From Lentimicrobiaceae bacterium (GTDB taxonomy: Bacteria > Bacteroidota > Bacteroidia > Bacteroidales > JAAYJT01): a DNA stretch of 64,000 nt. Within the stretch, counting starts at the first letter, position 1. Every line of letters starts with the position of its first letter. The translations under genes and the position numbers were made by a program. Of the stretch, positions 1 through 10,650 are shown piece by piece. Location of the stretch: assembly GCA_037446395.1 (NCBI GenBank), contig JBBIIP010000002.1, forward strand, positions 53,074 through 117,073, given 5' to 3'. Below the pieces are notes generated by a model that saw nothing but the letters and a program-made list of their open reading frames with translations, searched no databases and was not told the origin of the DNA.

Positions 1-667
1 GGTATTCAGAACCAGTGGGCTCAATATTCCGTCTACACCAGACGACAACCTGGTTATGAAAGCATACGAATTGCTTAGGAATGATTATCATTTGCCTCCA
101 CTATATATCCACCTGCATAAAACAATTCCTATGGGGGCCGGACTGGGTGGAGGTTCATCTGACGCAGCTTTTGCAATAAAACTATTAAACGATCAGTTTA
201 AACTGGGACTAAGTCAGGCCCAGATGCAGGCCTATGCCTCCAAAATTGGAAGCGACTGTGCATTTTTTATTCTTGATCAGCCTGCCATTGCCACAGGCCG
301 GGGCGAACAACTTAAACCAATCACTCTGAACCTTTCGGGATATTACATTGCCATCATAAAACCTTTAGCCGACATCAGCACAACTTGGGCGTATGCATCA
401 ATCATCCCTAAACCCAGAACTAAGTTGCTTGAAGAAATTATTTTCAAACCCGTTGCATCGTGGAAAACTCAACTTGAAAACGACTTTGAAGAAGTTGTTT
501 TTAAAAAACATCCAGAGATAGAAAAACTAAAGAGCCTACTGTATGAACGTGGGGCAGATTATGCCTCTCTCACTGGCAGTGGTTCGGGTGTATATGGACT
601 CTTTGAGAAAGATCCCGGGATCCTCCGCACGGATAGCAAGTTTTTCTTATGGCAACGCAGGCTATAA
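1..667 (+). CDS. ispE: 4-diphosphocytidyl-2-C-methyl-D-erythritol kinase (IspE), 5'-truncated by window edge
   Basis: The frame of ORF 56..667 stays open back to base 2 (..SGLNIPSTPDDNLVMKAYELL..). It has the GHMP-kinase ATP motif PMGAGLGGGSSDAA and a C-terminal LTGSGSGVYGLF typical of IspE. Confidence 0.85.
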   Translation, partial: VFRTSGLNIPSTPDDNLVMKAYELLRNDYHLPPLYIHLHKTIPMGAGLGGGSSDAAFAIKLLNDQFKLGLSQAQMQAYASKIGSDCAFFILDQPAIATGRGEQLKPITLNLSGYYIAIIKPLADISTTWAYASIIPKPRTKLLEEIIFKPVASWKTQLENDFEEVVFKKHPEIEKLKSLLYERGADYASLTGSGSGVYGLFEKDPGILRTDSKFFLWQRRL

Positions 668-670
668 ATT

Positions 671-1747
671 TTATTTTGGTGTTGTTTTGATTAGCACAAG
701 TGCTATTATACCAAAAACAACATTTGGTAGCCAGGTGGCGATTTGCGGAGGTAAATTCCCGTAAGTTCCGAAAACAATAGAGATTTGCATAAATAGTACA
801 AAACCAAATGTGAGTGCAAGCCCGATGCCAAGGTGCAAACCAGTGCCTCCCCGTAACTTTCTGCTCGATACAGCAAACCCGATCAACGTGAGAATTATAT
901 TGGCAAACGGAAATGCAATCCGGGTATTTTTTTCTACCTTGTAGGTCACCACTGCACCCGACCCCTTCAAACTTTCGAGGGCAATTTTGTTGGTAATTTG
1001 AGGCAGGGTGAATACTTTTATTTGCTCACTATTGAAGTCGAAGTCAAACGGAGTTATGTTTAAGGCGGTATCAATTACACTTCCGGTAATAATGTTCTCG
1101 CCGAGGCTATCAATTTCACGAACCTGGTAATTTTCAATTTTCCAACGTGTGTTTATACTGTCCCAGCGAATGGCATCAGCCATTAATTTATAATAAAGGC
1201 CAGTGCTGTCAATTTTTTCCATCGTAAACCGATAGCCGATATTTTGGATGTTGTTATAGCGCTCAACATACAAAAACACTCCCGGACTGATCTGCATATG
1301 CATATTCAATGCATTTGAGCGGCGCGGATTTTTAATATAGACCCTTTCGAATTCGAATAACGTTCTATTTGTAACTGGTATGATATAGCTGGCAAGCACA
1401 AACGACATTAGGGCAAGAACCACTGCAGAAATCATATAGGGCCTCAGCAGCCTCCAAAAACTTATACCGCTGCTCAGAAACGCAATAATTTCGGTGTTGG
1501 CAGCCAGGCGCGAAGTAAAAAACACCACTGAAATAAAAGTGAAAAGCGCACTGAATGTATTGAGGAAATAAGGAAGAAAATTCAGGTAATATGAAAAAAT
1601 GATCTCGCTCAGCGGGGCTTTTTTGTCAATAAAATCGTCTATCTTTTCAGAAATGTCGAAAATAATAATGATCACAGAAAGCAAAAGGATAGAAAAGAAA
1701 AAAGTGCCAAGGAACTTTTTGATAATATACCAGTCGAGTGTTTTCAT
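671..1747 (-). CDS. LptF/LptG-family (YjgP/YjgQ) LPS export permease
   Basis: Polytopic protein with N-terminal TM helices, a large central soluble loop and C-terminal TM helices, as in YjgP/YjgQ permeases. I place the start at ATG 1747 (MKTLDWYIIKKFLGTFFF) rather than the upstream ORF-track start, which would overlap tgt. Confidence 0.75.
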   Translation of the reverse strand: MKTLDWYIIKKFLGTFFFSILLLSVIIIIFDISEKIDDFIDKKAPLSEIIFSYYLNFLPYFLNTFSALFTFISVVFFTSRLAANTEIIAFLSSGISFWRLLRPYMISAVVLALMSFVLASYIIPVTNRTLFEFERVYIKNPRRSNALNMHMQISPGVFLYVERYNNIQNIGYRFTMEKIDSTGLYYKLMADAIRWDSINTRWKIENYQVREIDSLGENIITGSVIDTALNITPFDFDFNSEQIKVFTLPQITNKIALESLKGSGAVVTYKVEKNTRIAFPFANIILTLIGFAVSSRKLRGGTGLHLGIGLALTFGFVLFMQISIVFGTYGNLPPQIATWLPNVVFGIIALVLIKTTPK

Positions 1748-1835
1748 AAATCCTTTGGTATTCCTTCTCTCGCACTTACTGTATTTGCGGGGTTTATAGC
1801 TATTTAAACGGAATAGGTGATTTTTATTGCCCTGC

Positions 1836-2966
1836 CTACAATCGTTGGGCAAGTTGCTTTATCATTATGTTTTTCCAAGGCACAAAATCTCCTGAGATGA
1901 TTTTTGTCCTCGCCTCATCAACCAGCCAAAGGTAGAATGCCAGGTTGTGGGAGCTGGCAATCATAGGGCCCAGCATCTCGCCCGAAACGAAAAGGTGCCG
2001 CAAGAAAGCTTTCGAATACGCATGGTCAACAAAAGATGTGCCTTGCTCATCAACCGGAGAAAAATCCAGTTTCCACTTCTCGTTCTTGATATTAATAACT
2101 CCATCGCGGGTGAAAAGCATTCCGTTTCGGCCATTTCGCGTTGGCATTACACAATCAAACATATCAATACCCATGGCTATGCACTCAAGTAGATTGATAG
2201 GTGTTCCGACTCCCATCAGGTATCGGGGCTTGCTTGAGGGGAGAATACGACAAACCAGGTCGGTCATTTCATACATTATTTCAATAGGTTCTCCCACCGA
2301 TAATCCTCCGATGGCATTCCCTTCGGCATCAGCTGCAGCAATAAACTCAGCAGATTTTTTCCGCAAATCGCTATAAACGCTGCCCTGCACAATTGGAAAT
2401 AATGTTTGATCGTAGCCATATCTGGGCTCGGTTGTTTTGATTCTTTCTAAACAACGTTGCAGCCAGCGATGGGTTCTTTCCATCGAAAGATTAGCGTAAT
2501 CATAATCGCACGGAAATGGCGTACATTCATCGAAGGCCATAATGATGTCAGCCCCTATGCTGCGCTGAATATCCATCACATTTTCCGGAGTAAAAGCATG
2601 ACGCGAACCATCAATATGCGACTGAAAAATTACACCCTCTTCGGTCATTTTTCGTCTGTCGGTTAATGAATAAACCTGATACCCACCACTATCAGTAAGA
2701 ACAGGTTTCTTCCACCCATTGAAATGATGAATACCACCGGCTTTTTCAAACACTTCCAACCCGGGGCGAAGATAAAGATGATAGGTGTTGCCAAGAATAA
2801 TGCGGGCTTTAATGTCCTCAATTAGTTGTTTGAAATGCACTGCCTTGACTGTTCCGGCAGTGCCAACCGGCATAAAAACCGGAGTTTCAATACCCCCATG
2901 ATCAGTGTAAAAGCATCCGGCTCGTGCGGATGATCCTGGGTCAGAAAAGATTAACTCAAACTTCAT
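1836..2966 (-). CDS. tgt: tRNA-guanine transglycosylase (queuine tRNA-ribosyltransferase)
   Basis: Full-length 376 aa. Motifs IETPVFMPVGT, LTDSGGYQV, MAFDEC and FDCVMPTR are characteristic of bacterial Tgt. Confidence 0.95.
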   Translation of the reverse strand: MKFELIFSDPGSSARAGCFYTDHGGIETPVFMPVGTAGTVKAVHFKQLIEDIKARIILGNTYHLYLRPGLEVFEKAGGIHHFNGWKKPVLTDSGGYQVYSLTDRRKMTEEGVIFQSHIDGSRHAFTPENVMDIQRSIGADIIMAFDECTPFPCDYDYANLSMERTHRWLQRCLERIKTTEPRYGYDQTLFPIVQGSVYSDLRKKSAEFIAAADAEGNAIGGLSVGEPIEIMYEMTDLVCRILPSSKPRYLMGVGTPINLLECIAMGIDMFDCVMPTRNGRNGMLFTRDGVINIKNEKWKLDFSPVDEQGTSFVDHAYSKAFLRHLFVSGEMLGPMIASSHNLAFYLWLVDEARTKIISGDFVPWKNIMIKQLAQRL

Positions 2967-3165
2967 GATTGGAGCAGATATTTGTTAAGCCAAAAAATAT
3001 CAATAAGATATAGTCATATTATTAAACGAAGCACAAGGCAGTTACCGGCTTTTTATACATTTGAGAAGCATTTCATTTTCAGAGCGTTTGACAACGAGAT
3101 TTCATTTGTTCACTAAACGCTGATAACTTTAAAACTCCAAAATTATACTATTTGACGGAGTTGTA

Positions 3166-3173
3166 TAATTTTG
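3166..3173 (+). promoter_or_regulatory. Candidate Bacteroidota -7 promoter box (TAATTTTG)
   Basis: Exact match to the TAnnTTTG -7 consensus of Bacteroidetes sigma-A promoters, 22 nt upstream of ATG 3195. There is no well-spaced -33 TTTG. Confidence 0.3.
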
Positions 3174-3194
3174 CCGCCTCAAGTACATTCCGAT

Positions 3195-4325
3195 ATGCCA
3201 ACCTTGGATCTATACCCACTTTATTTGCTCTTAATTGCGGCCTTGTTCCTGCTTGCATTTGGTGTGCAATGGATTTATTACCTGGTTTTTTATACCCGGT
3301 TGGCTTTCTATCGTAAACTGAATGCTGTTTCGACAGATCAGCCTGTTTCGGTGGTAATTTGTGCCCATAACGAAGCGTATAATTTGCTCGAAAATCTACC
3401 ATTGATACTCGAACAAGATTATCCTGATTTTGAGGTGATTGTGGTAAATGATACTTCAACGGACGAGAGCAAAGAGATATTACTCGAGCTTTCGCAGATT
3501 TATACCAACCTGAAAATTGTCAATGTTTCAAATAGCGTAACTTTTTTTCGCAGCAAAAAGTTTCCGCTATCTGTTGGAATAAAATCGGCCCAGCACGAAA
3601 TTTTACTTCTGACCGATCCCGATTGCCGCCCTGCATCAAACCAATGGATTCGCAAAATGCAAGCCAACTTTAATGAAGATAAATCCATTGTGCTGGCCTT
3701 CAGTACATTTGATTTTAGACCTGGGTTGCTAAACCTGCTGATGCGCTACGATAACTTTCACCTGGCCATCCAATATTTGTCTTATGCAATTGCTGGTGTT
3801 CCATTTATGGGCGTCGGGCGAAATCTTGCTTATCGCAAGTCGCTTTTTTATGAGCAAAAAGGATTTATTAATCATTATAAAATCAGCTCGGGCGATGATG
3901 AGCTATTTATCAATGCAGCATCCACCCGTCGCAACACGGTGATTGAAATAGATGCAGCCAGCCAAATTATTTCTAAGCCAAAATCTTCTTTTGCTGCCTG
4001 GTTCATCCAGAAACGCCACCATTTTAATGCGCAGAAATATTATCGCACAAAATTTAAAATTTTACTTAGCACATATTCGGTTAGTGCCACCGCATATTAT
4101 CTTCTGCTTGTCGCTTTATTATTTCTCAAATTCGAAATTTATTGGATTCTGCTTTTTCATTCAGTGCGCCTGATCACCCGAATGATTTTCATGGGAATGG
4201 CCGCAAAAAAACTGAACCTTAGAAAGTTATTCCTATCTTCGCCAATACTTGATCCGGTTTTTGCGTTTTTAAACCCATTACTTGCATTGAGCAGTAGAGT
4301 AAGAGCAAGTGAAAGATGGAACTAG
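3195..4325 (+). CDS. Family 2 glycosyltransferase, membrane-associated
   Basis: VSVVICAHNEAYNLLENLPLILEQDYPDFEVIVVNDTSTDES is a GT-A/GT2 N-terminal signature, with a DPD motif and flanking TM helices. ATG 3195 is preferred over the TTG at 3171 because the -7 box overlaps 3171. Confidence 0.8.
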   Translation: MPTLDLYPLYLLLIAALFLLAFGVQWIYYLVFYTRLAFYRKLNAVSTDQPVSVVICAHNEAYNLLENLPLILEQDYPDFEVIVVNDTSTDESKEILLELSQIYTNLKIVNVSNSVTFFRSKKFPLSVGIKSAQHEILLLTDPDCRPASNQWIRKMQANFNEDKSIVLAFSTFDFRPGLLNLLMRYDNFHLAIQYLSYAIAGVPFMGVGRNLAYRKSLFYEQKGFINHYKISSGDDELFINAASTRRNTVIEIDAASQIISKPKSSFAAWFIQKRHHFNAQKYYRTKFKILLSTYSVSATAYYLLLVALLFLKFEIYWILLFHSVRLITRMIFMGMAAKKLNLRKLFLSSPILDPVFAFLNPLLALSSRVRASERWN

Positions 4326-4924
4326 ATTCACAACAGCACTCAAAATCTCAAAAAGACAATGATCTTGTTATAAATGCCTTGGTTGATGGTAACCAAAAGG
4401 CCTATGCTCAATTAATGAACAATCATTGGAGCTCGGTATATGATATGCTTTTCAAAATGACCAATGATGGCAACCTGGCTAACGACATGACCATTGAAGC
4501 ATTTACCAAAGCATTCAAAAATCTCCATCTCTACACCTCGCGTCATGCATTCAGTTCGTGGCTGTTCAAAATTGCAACAAACAACTGTATTGATTATCTT
4601 CGAAAAAAAAAGCTCCACACGTATTCCATTGACGACCCTCAGGAAATGCAGGATGGATATAATGTAGAAAGAGAGTATCCAAGCCAGCAACCCGACCCCG
4701 AAGAACACATTATCCGCAAACAAAAGGCCTTGATTATGCAGGATATAATCCAAAGCCTAAAACCTCACTACAGCAAACTGATTACGCTAAGATACTTCGA
4801 TGAGCTGAGCTATGAAGAAATTGCCACTGAACTCAACCTGCCGTTGGGTACCATTAAAGTGCAGTTATTCAGGGCCAAGGAATTGCTTTACAATATTCTG
4901 AAGAACTCGCGTGAGGTTATTTGA
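4316..4924 (+). CDS. RNA polymerase sigma-70 family (ECF-type) sigma factor
   Basis: Region 2 (..FSSWLFKIATNNCIDYLRKKK..) and region 4 helix-turn-helix (LSYEEIATELNLPLGTIKVQLFRAKELL). The start overlaps the GT2 stop by 10 nt. Confidence 0.8.
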   Translation: MELDSQQHSKSQKDNDLVINALVDGNQKAYAQLMNNHWSSVYDMLFKMTNDGNLANDMTIEAFTKAFKNLHLYTSRHAFSSWLFKIATNNCIDYLRKKKLHTYSIDDPQEMQDGYNVEREYPSQQPDPEEHIIRKQKALIMQDIIQSLKPHYSKLITLRYFDELSYEEIATELNLPLGTIKVQLFRAKELLYNILKNSREVI

Positions 4925-4942
4925 TTATGCAGCGATTTGCAT

Positions 4943-4972
4943 AAAAAAACCGGCCCTAAATGACCGGTTTTT
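4943..4972. terminator. Bidirectional intrinsic terminator hairpin
   Basis: AAAAAAACCGG-cccTAAATGA-CCGGTTTTT: a 7-bp stem (AAACCGG/CCGGTTT) flanked by an A-run and a T-run. It lies between the convergent sigma factor and hsp20 genes. Confidence 0.5.
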
Positions 4973-4996
4973 ACTCTGCTTTCCCTATTGTTCAAA

Positions 4997-5443
4997 TTAT
5001 GAAATCTTGATCTGACGGGCGGGCTTTTCTTTTGCTTCTTCCTTTTTCGGAATCACAATGTTCAGCACACCATCCTTGTATGTTGCATTGATTTTGTCGG
5101 GGTCAATTGAATTGGGCAATGCAAAAGAACGACTAAAGGAACTGTAGCAGAACTCGCGGCGCATGAACTTATTGTCTCCTTCTTCAGATTTGCTCTCTTT
5201 TTCAGAACTAATGGTTAGCACATTGTTTTGAAGGTTAAGTGCAAAATCTTTTTTTTCGAGCCCGGGAGCAGCCAACTCAATTCTGAAGTCATCCTTGCTT
5301 TCGACAATATTGGCCGACGGCATGCTGATTCCAGTGCGATCTTCAAGGAAGTTAGAAAGAAAATCTCTTCCAAAAAATTCATCAATCATTGATGGGAAAG
5401 CAGTTCCTTTTCTTAAAATTGGTAACATGGCTTGATCCTCCAT
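4997..5443 (-). CDS. Hsp20/alpha-crystallin family small heat-shock protein
   Basis: 148 aa. Alpha-crystallin domain pattern (PSANIVESKDDFRIELAAPGLEKKDF ... FSRSFALPNSIDPDKINATYKDGVLNIVIPK). Confidence 0.9.
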   Translation of the reverse strand: MEDQAMLPILRKGTAFPSMIDEFFGRDFLSNFLEDRTGISMPSANIVESKDDFRIELAAPGLEKKDFALNLQNNVLTISSEKESKSEEGDNKFMRREFCYSSFSRSFALPNSIDPDKINATYKDGVLNIVIPKKEEAKEKPARQIKIS

Positions 5444-5712
5444 AATTAAAGTTAAACATTTTTTGAATTTCGCTAAACGCTTAACAATTCCTGTACCATA
5501 GAAAGACGGAACAAGTTTTCTTTCAGGCCTATTGGCTGTAGAAGATTAAAAAATAAATGAAATACAACAACTTATGCCGTACCTAAAAGTGATATTTATT
5601 CTCCAACATTAAGGGACTGAGTGAATAAATGTTAGCGACCAGACAAATTGTCTGTTTTTAAGCAAGTAGATTTTGTTGTGGGCGCCATAATGGCAGGGGC
5701 TCGATTGCAAGG

Positions 5713-6321
5713 CTATTCTAACTGCCTGAATATGCGTGAGGCGAGAATATCAATAGCAACCTTGTTCGTTCCGCCCAGGGGCACAATAATGTCGGCGTAG
5801 CGTTTGGTTGGTTCAATAAATAAAAGGTGCATGGGTTTCACATATTTTTCATAATGCTCGAGCACCTGCAAAAATGACCTGCCCCGCTCTTGAATATCAC
5901 GGCGAATTATTCGCATTAAACGGTCATCATCATCGGCATCAACATATACTTTGATTCCCATTCGGCTTCTCAAACGCGGGTTTGTGAGGATAAGAATTCC
6001 TTCTACAATCACTACATCCTTTGGGAACACAGTAGTGGTTTCTTTGGCCCGTGCACAAGTGAGGTAGCTATAAATAGGCATTTCGATCGGGCTTCCGCTT
6101 CTGAGCTGATCGAGGTGCTTTATGAGTAGATTAAACTCAATACTCGAAGGATGGTCGAAATTAATTTTTGCCCTTTCTTCGGGGGTCAGGTGACCATTAT
6201 CGCGATAATAGGCATCCTGGGGGATGATGACAACTGAGTCCTTGGGCAACATTTTTGTGATTTTCTTTACCACTGTTGATTTGCCCGATCCCGAGCCACC
6301 TGCAATTCCTATAATTAGCAT
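5713..6321 (-). CDS. udk: Uridine kinase
   Basis: P-loop GIAGGSGSGKST at the N-terminus. Length and downstream motifs (DAYY, FDHPSS, VIVEGIL, RRDI.ERGR) match Udk. Confidence 0.9.
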   Translation of the reverse strand: MLIIGIAGGSGSGKSTVVKKITKMLPKDSVVIIPQDAYYRDNGHLTPEERAKINFDHPSSIEFNLLIKHLDQLRSGSPIEMPIYSYLTCARAKETTTVFPKDVVIVEGILILTNPRLRSRMGIKVYVDADDDDRLMRIIRRDIQERGRSFLQVLEHYEKYVKPMHLLFIEPTKRYADIIVPLGGTNKVAIDILASRIFRQLE

Positions 6322-6592
6322 AATTTGGGTTTAGTTATTAGGTATATAGATTTTAAGTGGAAGGCATTTAGGATAGACCCTTCAAAATCAATGTCATTAC
6401 TCGAATCAACGTGCTCAAAACATTTCGATAAGCCCAGGTATCTTTTTTGTTGTTTCTATTTTTAGCGCAATTTCACTAATTTCTGATTTCTATTCATTAT
6501 TCAACCGACAAAACAACCTGTAACATCGTCTCAGCCCATTAAATATTTTGATATCTTATATTCTAATTCTCTATTTATCTGACAGTTACTTT

Positions 6593-7924
6593 TTAATTTA
6601 ACAAGAAACTCATTAAAATACCTGCTGCAACTGCAGACCCGATTACGCCGGCAACATTGGGAGCCATAGCGTGCATAAGCAAGTGGTTCGACGGATCATA
6701 TCTAAGGCCTTCCTGTTGTGCAACCCTTGCGCTGTCGGGCACAGCCGAAACCCCGGCTGCTCCGATTATCGGATTAATTTTTTGATCATCTGCTAAAAAC
6801 AAGTTCATCACTTTGGCAAACATAACCCCACCAGCCGTTGCGATCATAAACGAAACTGCGCCGAGAATGAAAATAAATACTGACTGAGGCGACAAAAACA
6901 CATCCGCCTGCGTTGAGGCCCCAACCGTCAAACCAAGAATCATGGTGATGATGTCTATAAGAGCGTTTCGGGCAGTGTCGGCCAAGCGCTTGGTTACACC
7001 GCTTTCTTTTAAAAGGTTGCCAAAAAACAACATTCCGAGCAAAGGAAGCGCACTGGGAGCGATAAAGGTGGTAAGCAGCAGTCCGATGATCGGAAACAAT
7101 ATTTTTTCGACCCTGGATACAGAACGCGGAGGTTTCATTTTGATTACCCGCTCTTTTTTGTTGGTTAGCAGGCGCATAATTGGTGGCTGAATCACAGGCA
7201 CCAATGCCATATATGAATAGGCTGCGATCGCAATAGGCCCGATAAGTCGTGGTGCAAGTTGAGAAGAAAGGAAGATGGCCGTAGGACCATCGGCGCCTCC
7301 AATAATGCCAATTGAGCCGGCTTCTCTGGGATCAAATCCAAAAGCAAGGGCACCTAAAAATGTCATGAAAATACCCAGTTGGGCGGCAGCACCCAGCAAC
7401 ATCAGGCGCGGATTAGAGATCAGGGAAGAGAAATCGGTCATCGCGCCGATGCCAAGAAATATCAATGGTGGATAAATGCCTTTGGTCACCCCCATGTACA
7501 AATAGTTGAGCACACTACCCTCTTGATAGATACCCAATTGCAGATTAAATCCGCCATCCTGAAAAAATGGGATATTCCCAAGCAAAATTCCGGTGCCGAT
7601 TGGAATCAATAACAATGGCTCATAGTCGAATCGAATGGCGAGAAAAATAAAGAACAGACCAATAAAAAGCATGAGAATATTGCCAATTTTTGCATTCCGA
7701 AAACCAGTGTAACTCCAGAACCTTTTCAAGCCAGTTTCTGTTGCTTCTTCGGTTTCTTTGAGTAATTCGCTGATGTCTTTGTGGGTGTTGCTGTTCAGGC
7801 TTGTGTCACTTTTCGGCGATTGGTTATGTGTCGTGTCGGTTACGGGCCGCTCAATTTGTGCAGCCACCATACTCACCATCGTAAGAATGCCAATGATGCC
7901 AAGAACCGTTAAAAATCTTTTCAT
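6593..7924 (-). CDS. mmdB: Na+-translocating decarboxylase beta subunit (methylmalonyl-CoA/oxaloacetate decarboxylase family)
   Basis: Polytopic 443-aa protein with OadB/MmdB-type conserved stretches (GAMTDF, IIGGADGPTAIF, AAYSYMALVP, GVSAVP). Last gene of the carboxyltransferase/biotin-carrier operon. Confidence 0.9.
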   Translation of the reverse strand: MKRFLTVLGIIGILTMVSMVAAQIERPVTDTTHNQSPKSDTSLNSNTHKDISELLKETEEATETGLKRFWSYTGFRNAKIGNILMLFIGLFFIFLAIRFDYEPLLLIPIGTGILLGNIPFFQDGGFNLQLGIYQEGSVLNYLYMGVTKGIYPPLIFLGIGAMTDFSSLISNPRLMLLGAAAQLGIFMTFLGALAFGFDPREAGSIGIIGGADGPTAIFLSSQLAPRLIGPIAIAAYSYMALVPVIQPPIMRLLTNKKERVIKMKPPRSVSRVEKILFPIIGLLLTTFIAPSALPLLGMLFFGNLLKESGVTKRLADTARNALIDIITMILGLTVGASTQADVFLSPQSVFIFILGAVSFMIATAGGVMFAKVMNLFLADDQKINPIIGAAGVSAVPDSARVAQQEGLRYDPSNHLLMHAMAPNVAGVIGSAVAAGILMSFLLN

Positions 7925-7951
7925 TCTTGAGCTTGGTTTAGTTGTTGGTTG

Positions 7952-8374
7952 TCAGGCAATTTCCATTAACACATCTCCCTGAAGGATACTTTGGCCTGCA
8001 GTTACCCGGATATTTTTAATCACACCGTCTTTATCGGCCAGGACAACGTTTTCCATTTTCATGGCTTCATAGGTCACCAACTTTTCCCCTTTTTTAACCG
8101 AATCATTTTCTTTGACGAACACCTGTAGCACGATGCCGGGCAGGGGCGATAAAATATTATAAACCGGGGCAATTGTTTTTTTAATCTTGCTTTCTGCCCG
8201 GGTAGTTATTACCTCTGACCGCACAAGTTTCGGGGTTTTGGGTATTTTCAGCTCGCGGTGCACCTCAATGATATAGGGTGTACCGTTGACTTCAACCTCA
8301 GCGATGTTTTCTTCAAACTTTTTCAATTCAACCTCGTACCGGTTGCCACTGATGGTAAATTCAAAACTCTTCAT
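7952..8374 (-). CDS. mmdC: Biotin carboxyl carrier subunit of the decarboxylase
   Basis: C-terminal biotinyl domain with the EAMKMEN biotinylation motif. 140 aa. Confidence 0.9.
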   Translation of the reverse strand: MKSFEFTISGNRYEVELKKFEENIAEVEVNGTPYIIEVHRELKIPKTPKLVRSEVITTRAESKIKKTIAPVYNILSPLPGIVLQVFVKENDSVKKGEKLVTYEAMKMENVVLADKDGVIKNIRVTAGQSILQGDVLMEIA

Positions 8375-8413
8375 AACTGCATGATTTATTCAGGAATATT
8401 TATTTTACAGTTG

Positions 8414-8773
8414 CTAAATTTTATCAAGGCCGTAGATTTTTGAGCTCCACGGAGAATATCTTTTTGAAACCCTTTTGATTGTCATCACCGTATTTTCTGA
8501 ATCATGGATTTCGGAGAAATAGAGGATGAGAGCCATGCTGATGGCAGCATTTACCTCGCCCGTAATATTCAAATCTTTTTGGTTGGCTTGTTTGAATTTG
8601 CCCTGTTTGTTTAATTTCTGCCGGAGATTCATTTGAATGACTCTCGGGATTAAGGTATAAACGTAATAGAGCGCTACCAATGCTAAAAACACGATCACAT
8701 AGCCGACAACAGTCACCGTGAGGGCAAATCCATCTATTGCCGATAAATCAAAACTTATTTTGGCCAGTTCCAT
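8414..8773 (-). CDS. OadG-like small membrane subunit of the decarboxylase
   Basis: 119 aa with a single N-terminal TM helix. It sits between the carboxyltransferase and biotin-carrier genes, as delta/gamma anchor subunits do. Assignment is mainly by context. Confidence 0.6.
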   Translation of the reverse strand: MELAKISFDLSAIDGFALTVTVVGYVIVFLALVALYYVYTLIPRVIQMNLRQKLNKQGKFKQANQKDLNITGEVNAAISMALILYFSEIHDSENTVMTIKRVSKRYSPWSSKIYGLDKI

Positions 8774-8800
8774 AGTGCGATTGGTTTAGAAGGTATTTCA

Positions 8801-10360
8801 TTATAAAGGCATGTTGTTGTGTTTGCGCGGGGGATTGGTGTCCTTTTTTGTGGCCAGGGTTTGCAGGGCTCTAACCAGGCGGAAACGGGTATTGCGTGGT
8901 TCTATGATATCATCAATGAAGCCATGTCGGGCGGCAATGTATGGATTGGCAAATTTTTCGACATATTCAGCTTCTTTTTGGGCAATATATTTTGCCTTTT
9001 CCTCAGGGTTTTCAATTTTTTCAATATAACTTCCTTCCAGAATTTCTATCGCCCCTTTGGCTCCCATCACTGCAATCTCAGCCGAAGGCCAGGCATAGTT
9101 GATATCTCCCCGCAATTGTTTTGAACTCATCACATCGTGGGCGCCACCGTAGGACTTGCGCAGAGTCACCGTAATTTTTGGAACGGTTGCTTCGCCATAA
9201 GCAAAGAGCAGCTTGGCTCCGTGAGAAATTATACCTCCATGTTCCTGCCGGCTTCCAGGCAAAAATCCGGGCACATCAACAAGGGTAATCAGCGGAACGT
9301 TGAAGGCATCGCAAAAACGCACAAATCGGGCGGCTTTCTTTGATGCATCAATGTCGAGAACTCCAGCCAAAAAATTGGGTTGATTGGCTACAATCCCAAC
9401 CGGAATGCCATTGAACTTGGCAAAACCAACAACAATGTTCTTGGCAAAATGGCGGTGCATCTCTAAAAACTCGTGTTCGTCGGCGATCGTATAGATGATG
9501 TCTTTCACATCGTATGGCTGATTTGGATTTTCAGGAATGATTGTGTTCAGCACATCGTCGAGCCTGTCAATCGGATCTGTACACTCAGTAATGATAGGGT
9601 CTTCAAGGCAATTCGAGGGCAAATACTCCAAAAGCTTCCTAATCAGAAGAATGCCTTCATCTTCGCTTTCGGCCCTGAAATGAGCCACTCCCGATTTACC
9701 TGTGTGAATGATTGCGCCACCCAAATCTTCTACGCTTATCTCTTCACCTGTAACTGCCTTGGTAACTTTAGGCCCGGTTACAAACATATAGCTGTTTTTC
9801 TCGCTCATTATAATTACATCCGTAAGGGCGGGAGAATAAACGGCTCCTCCTGCACATGGCCCAAAAATTGCGGATATCTGCGGAACCACCCCTGACGCCA
9901 TGATATTGCGCTGAAATATTTCTGCATAACCTGCCAGGCTCATCACCCCTTCCTGTATGCGGGCGCCCCCACTATCGTTGATACCAATAATGGGTGCACC
10001 AACCTTCATGGCTTGGTCCATGATTTTACAGATTTTGTTGGCAAATGTTTCGCTCAGCGAACCGCCCATCACCGTAAAGTCCTGAGAGAACACATAAACC
10101 ACTCTGCCATCTATGGTACCATGCCCAGTGATGACCCCATCTCCTAAAAACTGTTGGTTTTCAAGGCCAAAATCACGGCATCGGTGGGTTACGAACATAT
10201 CGTATTCTTCAAAACTACCTTCATCGAGCAACATTTCAATGCGTTCACGGGCGGTATTTTTACCTTTGGCGTGTTGTGCTTCATTGCGTTTTTCGCCTCC
10301 ACCCAATTTGGCTTTTTCGCGCAATTCGATGAGTTCTTTGATTTTTTCCACTCTCTCCAT
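8801..10360 (-). CDS. mmdA: Methylmalonyl-CoA carboxyltransferase (decarboxylase alpha subunit; propionyl-CoA carboxylase beta-chain family)
   Basis: 519 aa. Carboxyltransferase family hallmarks are [26 protein letters not shown] and [12 protein letters not shown]. Confidence 0.95.
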   Translation of the reverse strand: MERVEKIKELIELREKAKLGGGEKRNEAQHAKGKNTARERIEMLLDEGSFEEYDMFVTHRCRDFGLENQQFLGDGVITGHGTIDGRVVYVFSQDFTVMGGSLSETFANKICKIMDQAMKVGAPIIGINDSGGARIQEGVMSLAGYAEIFQRNIMASGVVPQISAIFGPCAGGAVYSPALTDVIIMSEKNSYMFVTGPKVTKAVTGEEISVEDLGGAIIHTGKSGVAHFRAESEDEGILLIRKLLEYLPSNCLEDPIITECTDPIDRLDDVLNTIIPENPNQPYDVKDIIYTIADEHEFLEMHRHFAKNIVVGFAKFNGIPVGIVANQPNFLAGVLDIDASKKAARFVRFCDAFNVPLITLVDVPGFLPGSRQEHGGIISHGAKLLFAYGEATVPKITVTLRKSYGGAHDVMSSKQLRGDINYAWPSAEIAVMGAKGAIEILEGSYIEKIENPEEKAKYIAQKEAEYVEKFANPYIAARHGFIDDIIEPRNTRFRLVRALQTLATKKDTNPPRKHNNMPL

Positions 10361-10650
10361 ATATTCTGAGTTAAAAAGAGAATTAATGTTATTTGTAAGA
10401 ATTTAGATGTTTGGACTAAAAGTTGCCGGACTGCTAACCGATAATAACAAATGCGATGCTCGAATCAACATACTCAATACACGATGATAAGCTCAGCACA
10501 TCGCTTTTTTATAGTTCAAATGATCATATACTAATTTTCGCCGGTTTATTATTTTTCAACCAAACCCAACCGATAAGTCAAACTGATCGTTTGCCATCGG
10601 TCTTAATTAGTTTAGATTCCTCATACCCGATGTGCAAAATTTTTTTATCC

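Noticed and set aside
1945-2376. Several plus-strand ORFs (1945..2376, 1947..2192, 2457..2666) inside tgt
   Set aside because: They are antisense shadows of a conserved full-length tgt.
10361-10650. 290-nt gap between mce and mmdA (with ORF 10456..10794), examined for a riboswitch, small gene or terminator
   Set aside because: I could find no convincing hairpin-plus-T-run, no TAnnTTTG box and no conserved riboswitch core. The ORF overlaps mce and looks low-complexity. The mmd operon itself is a canonical propionate-fermentation module.
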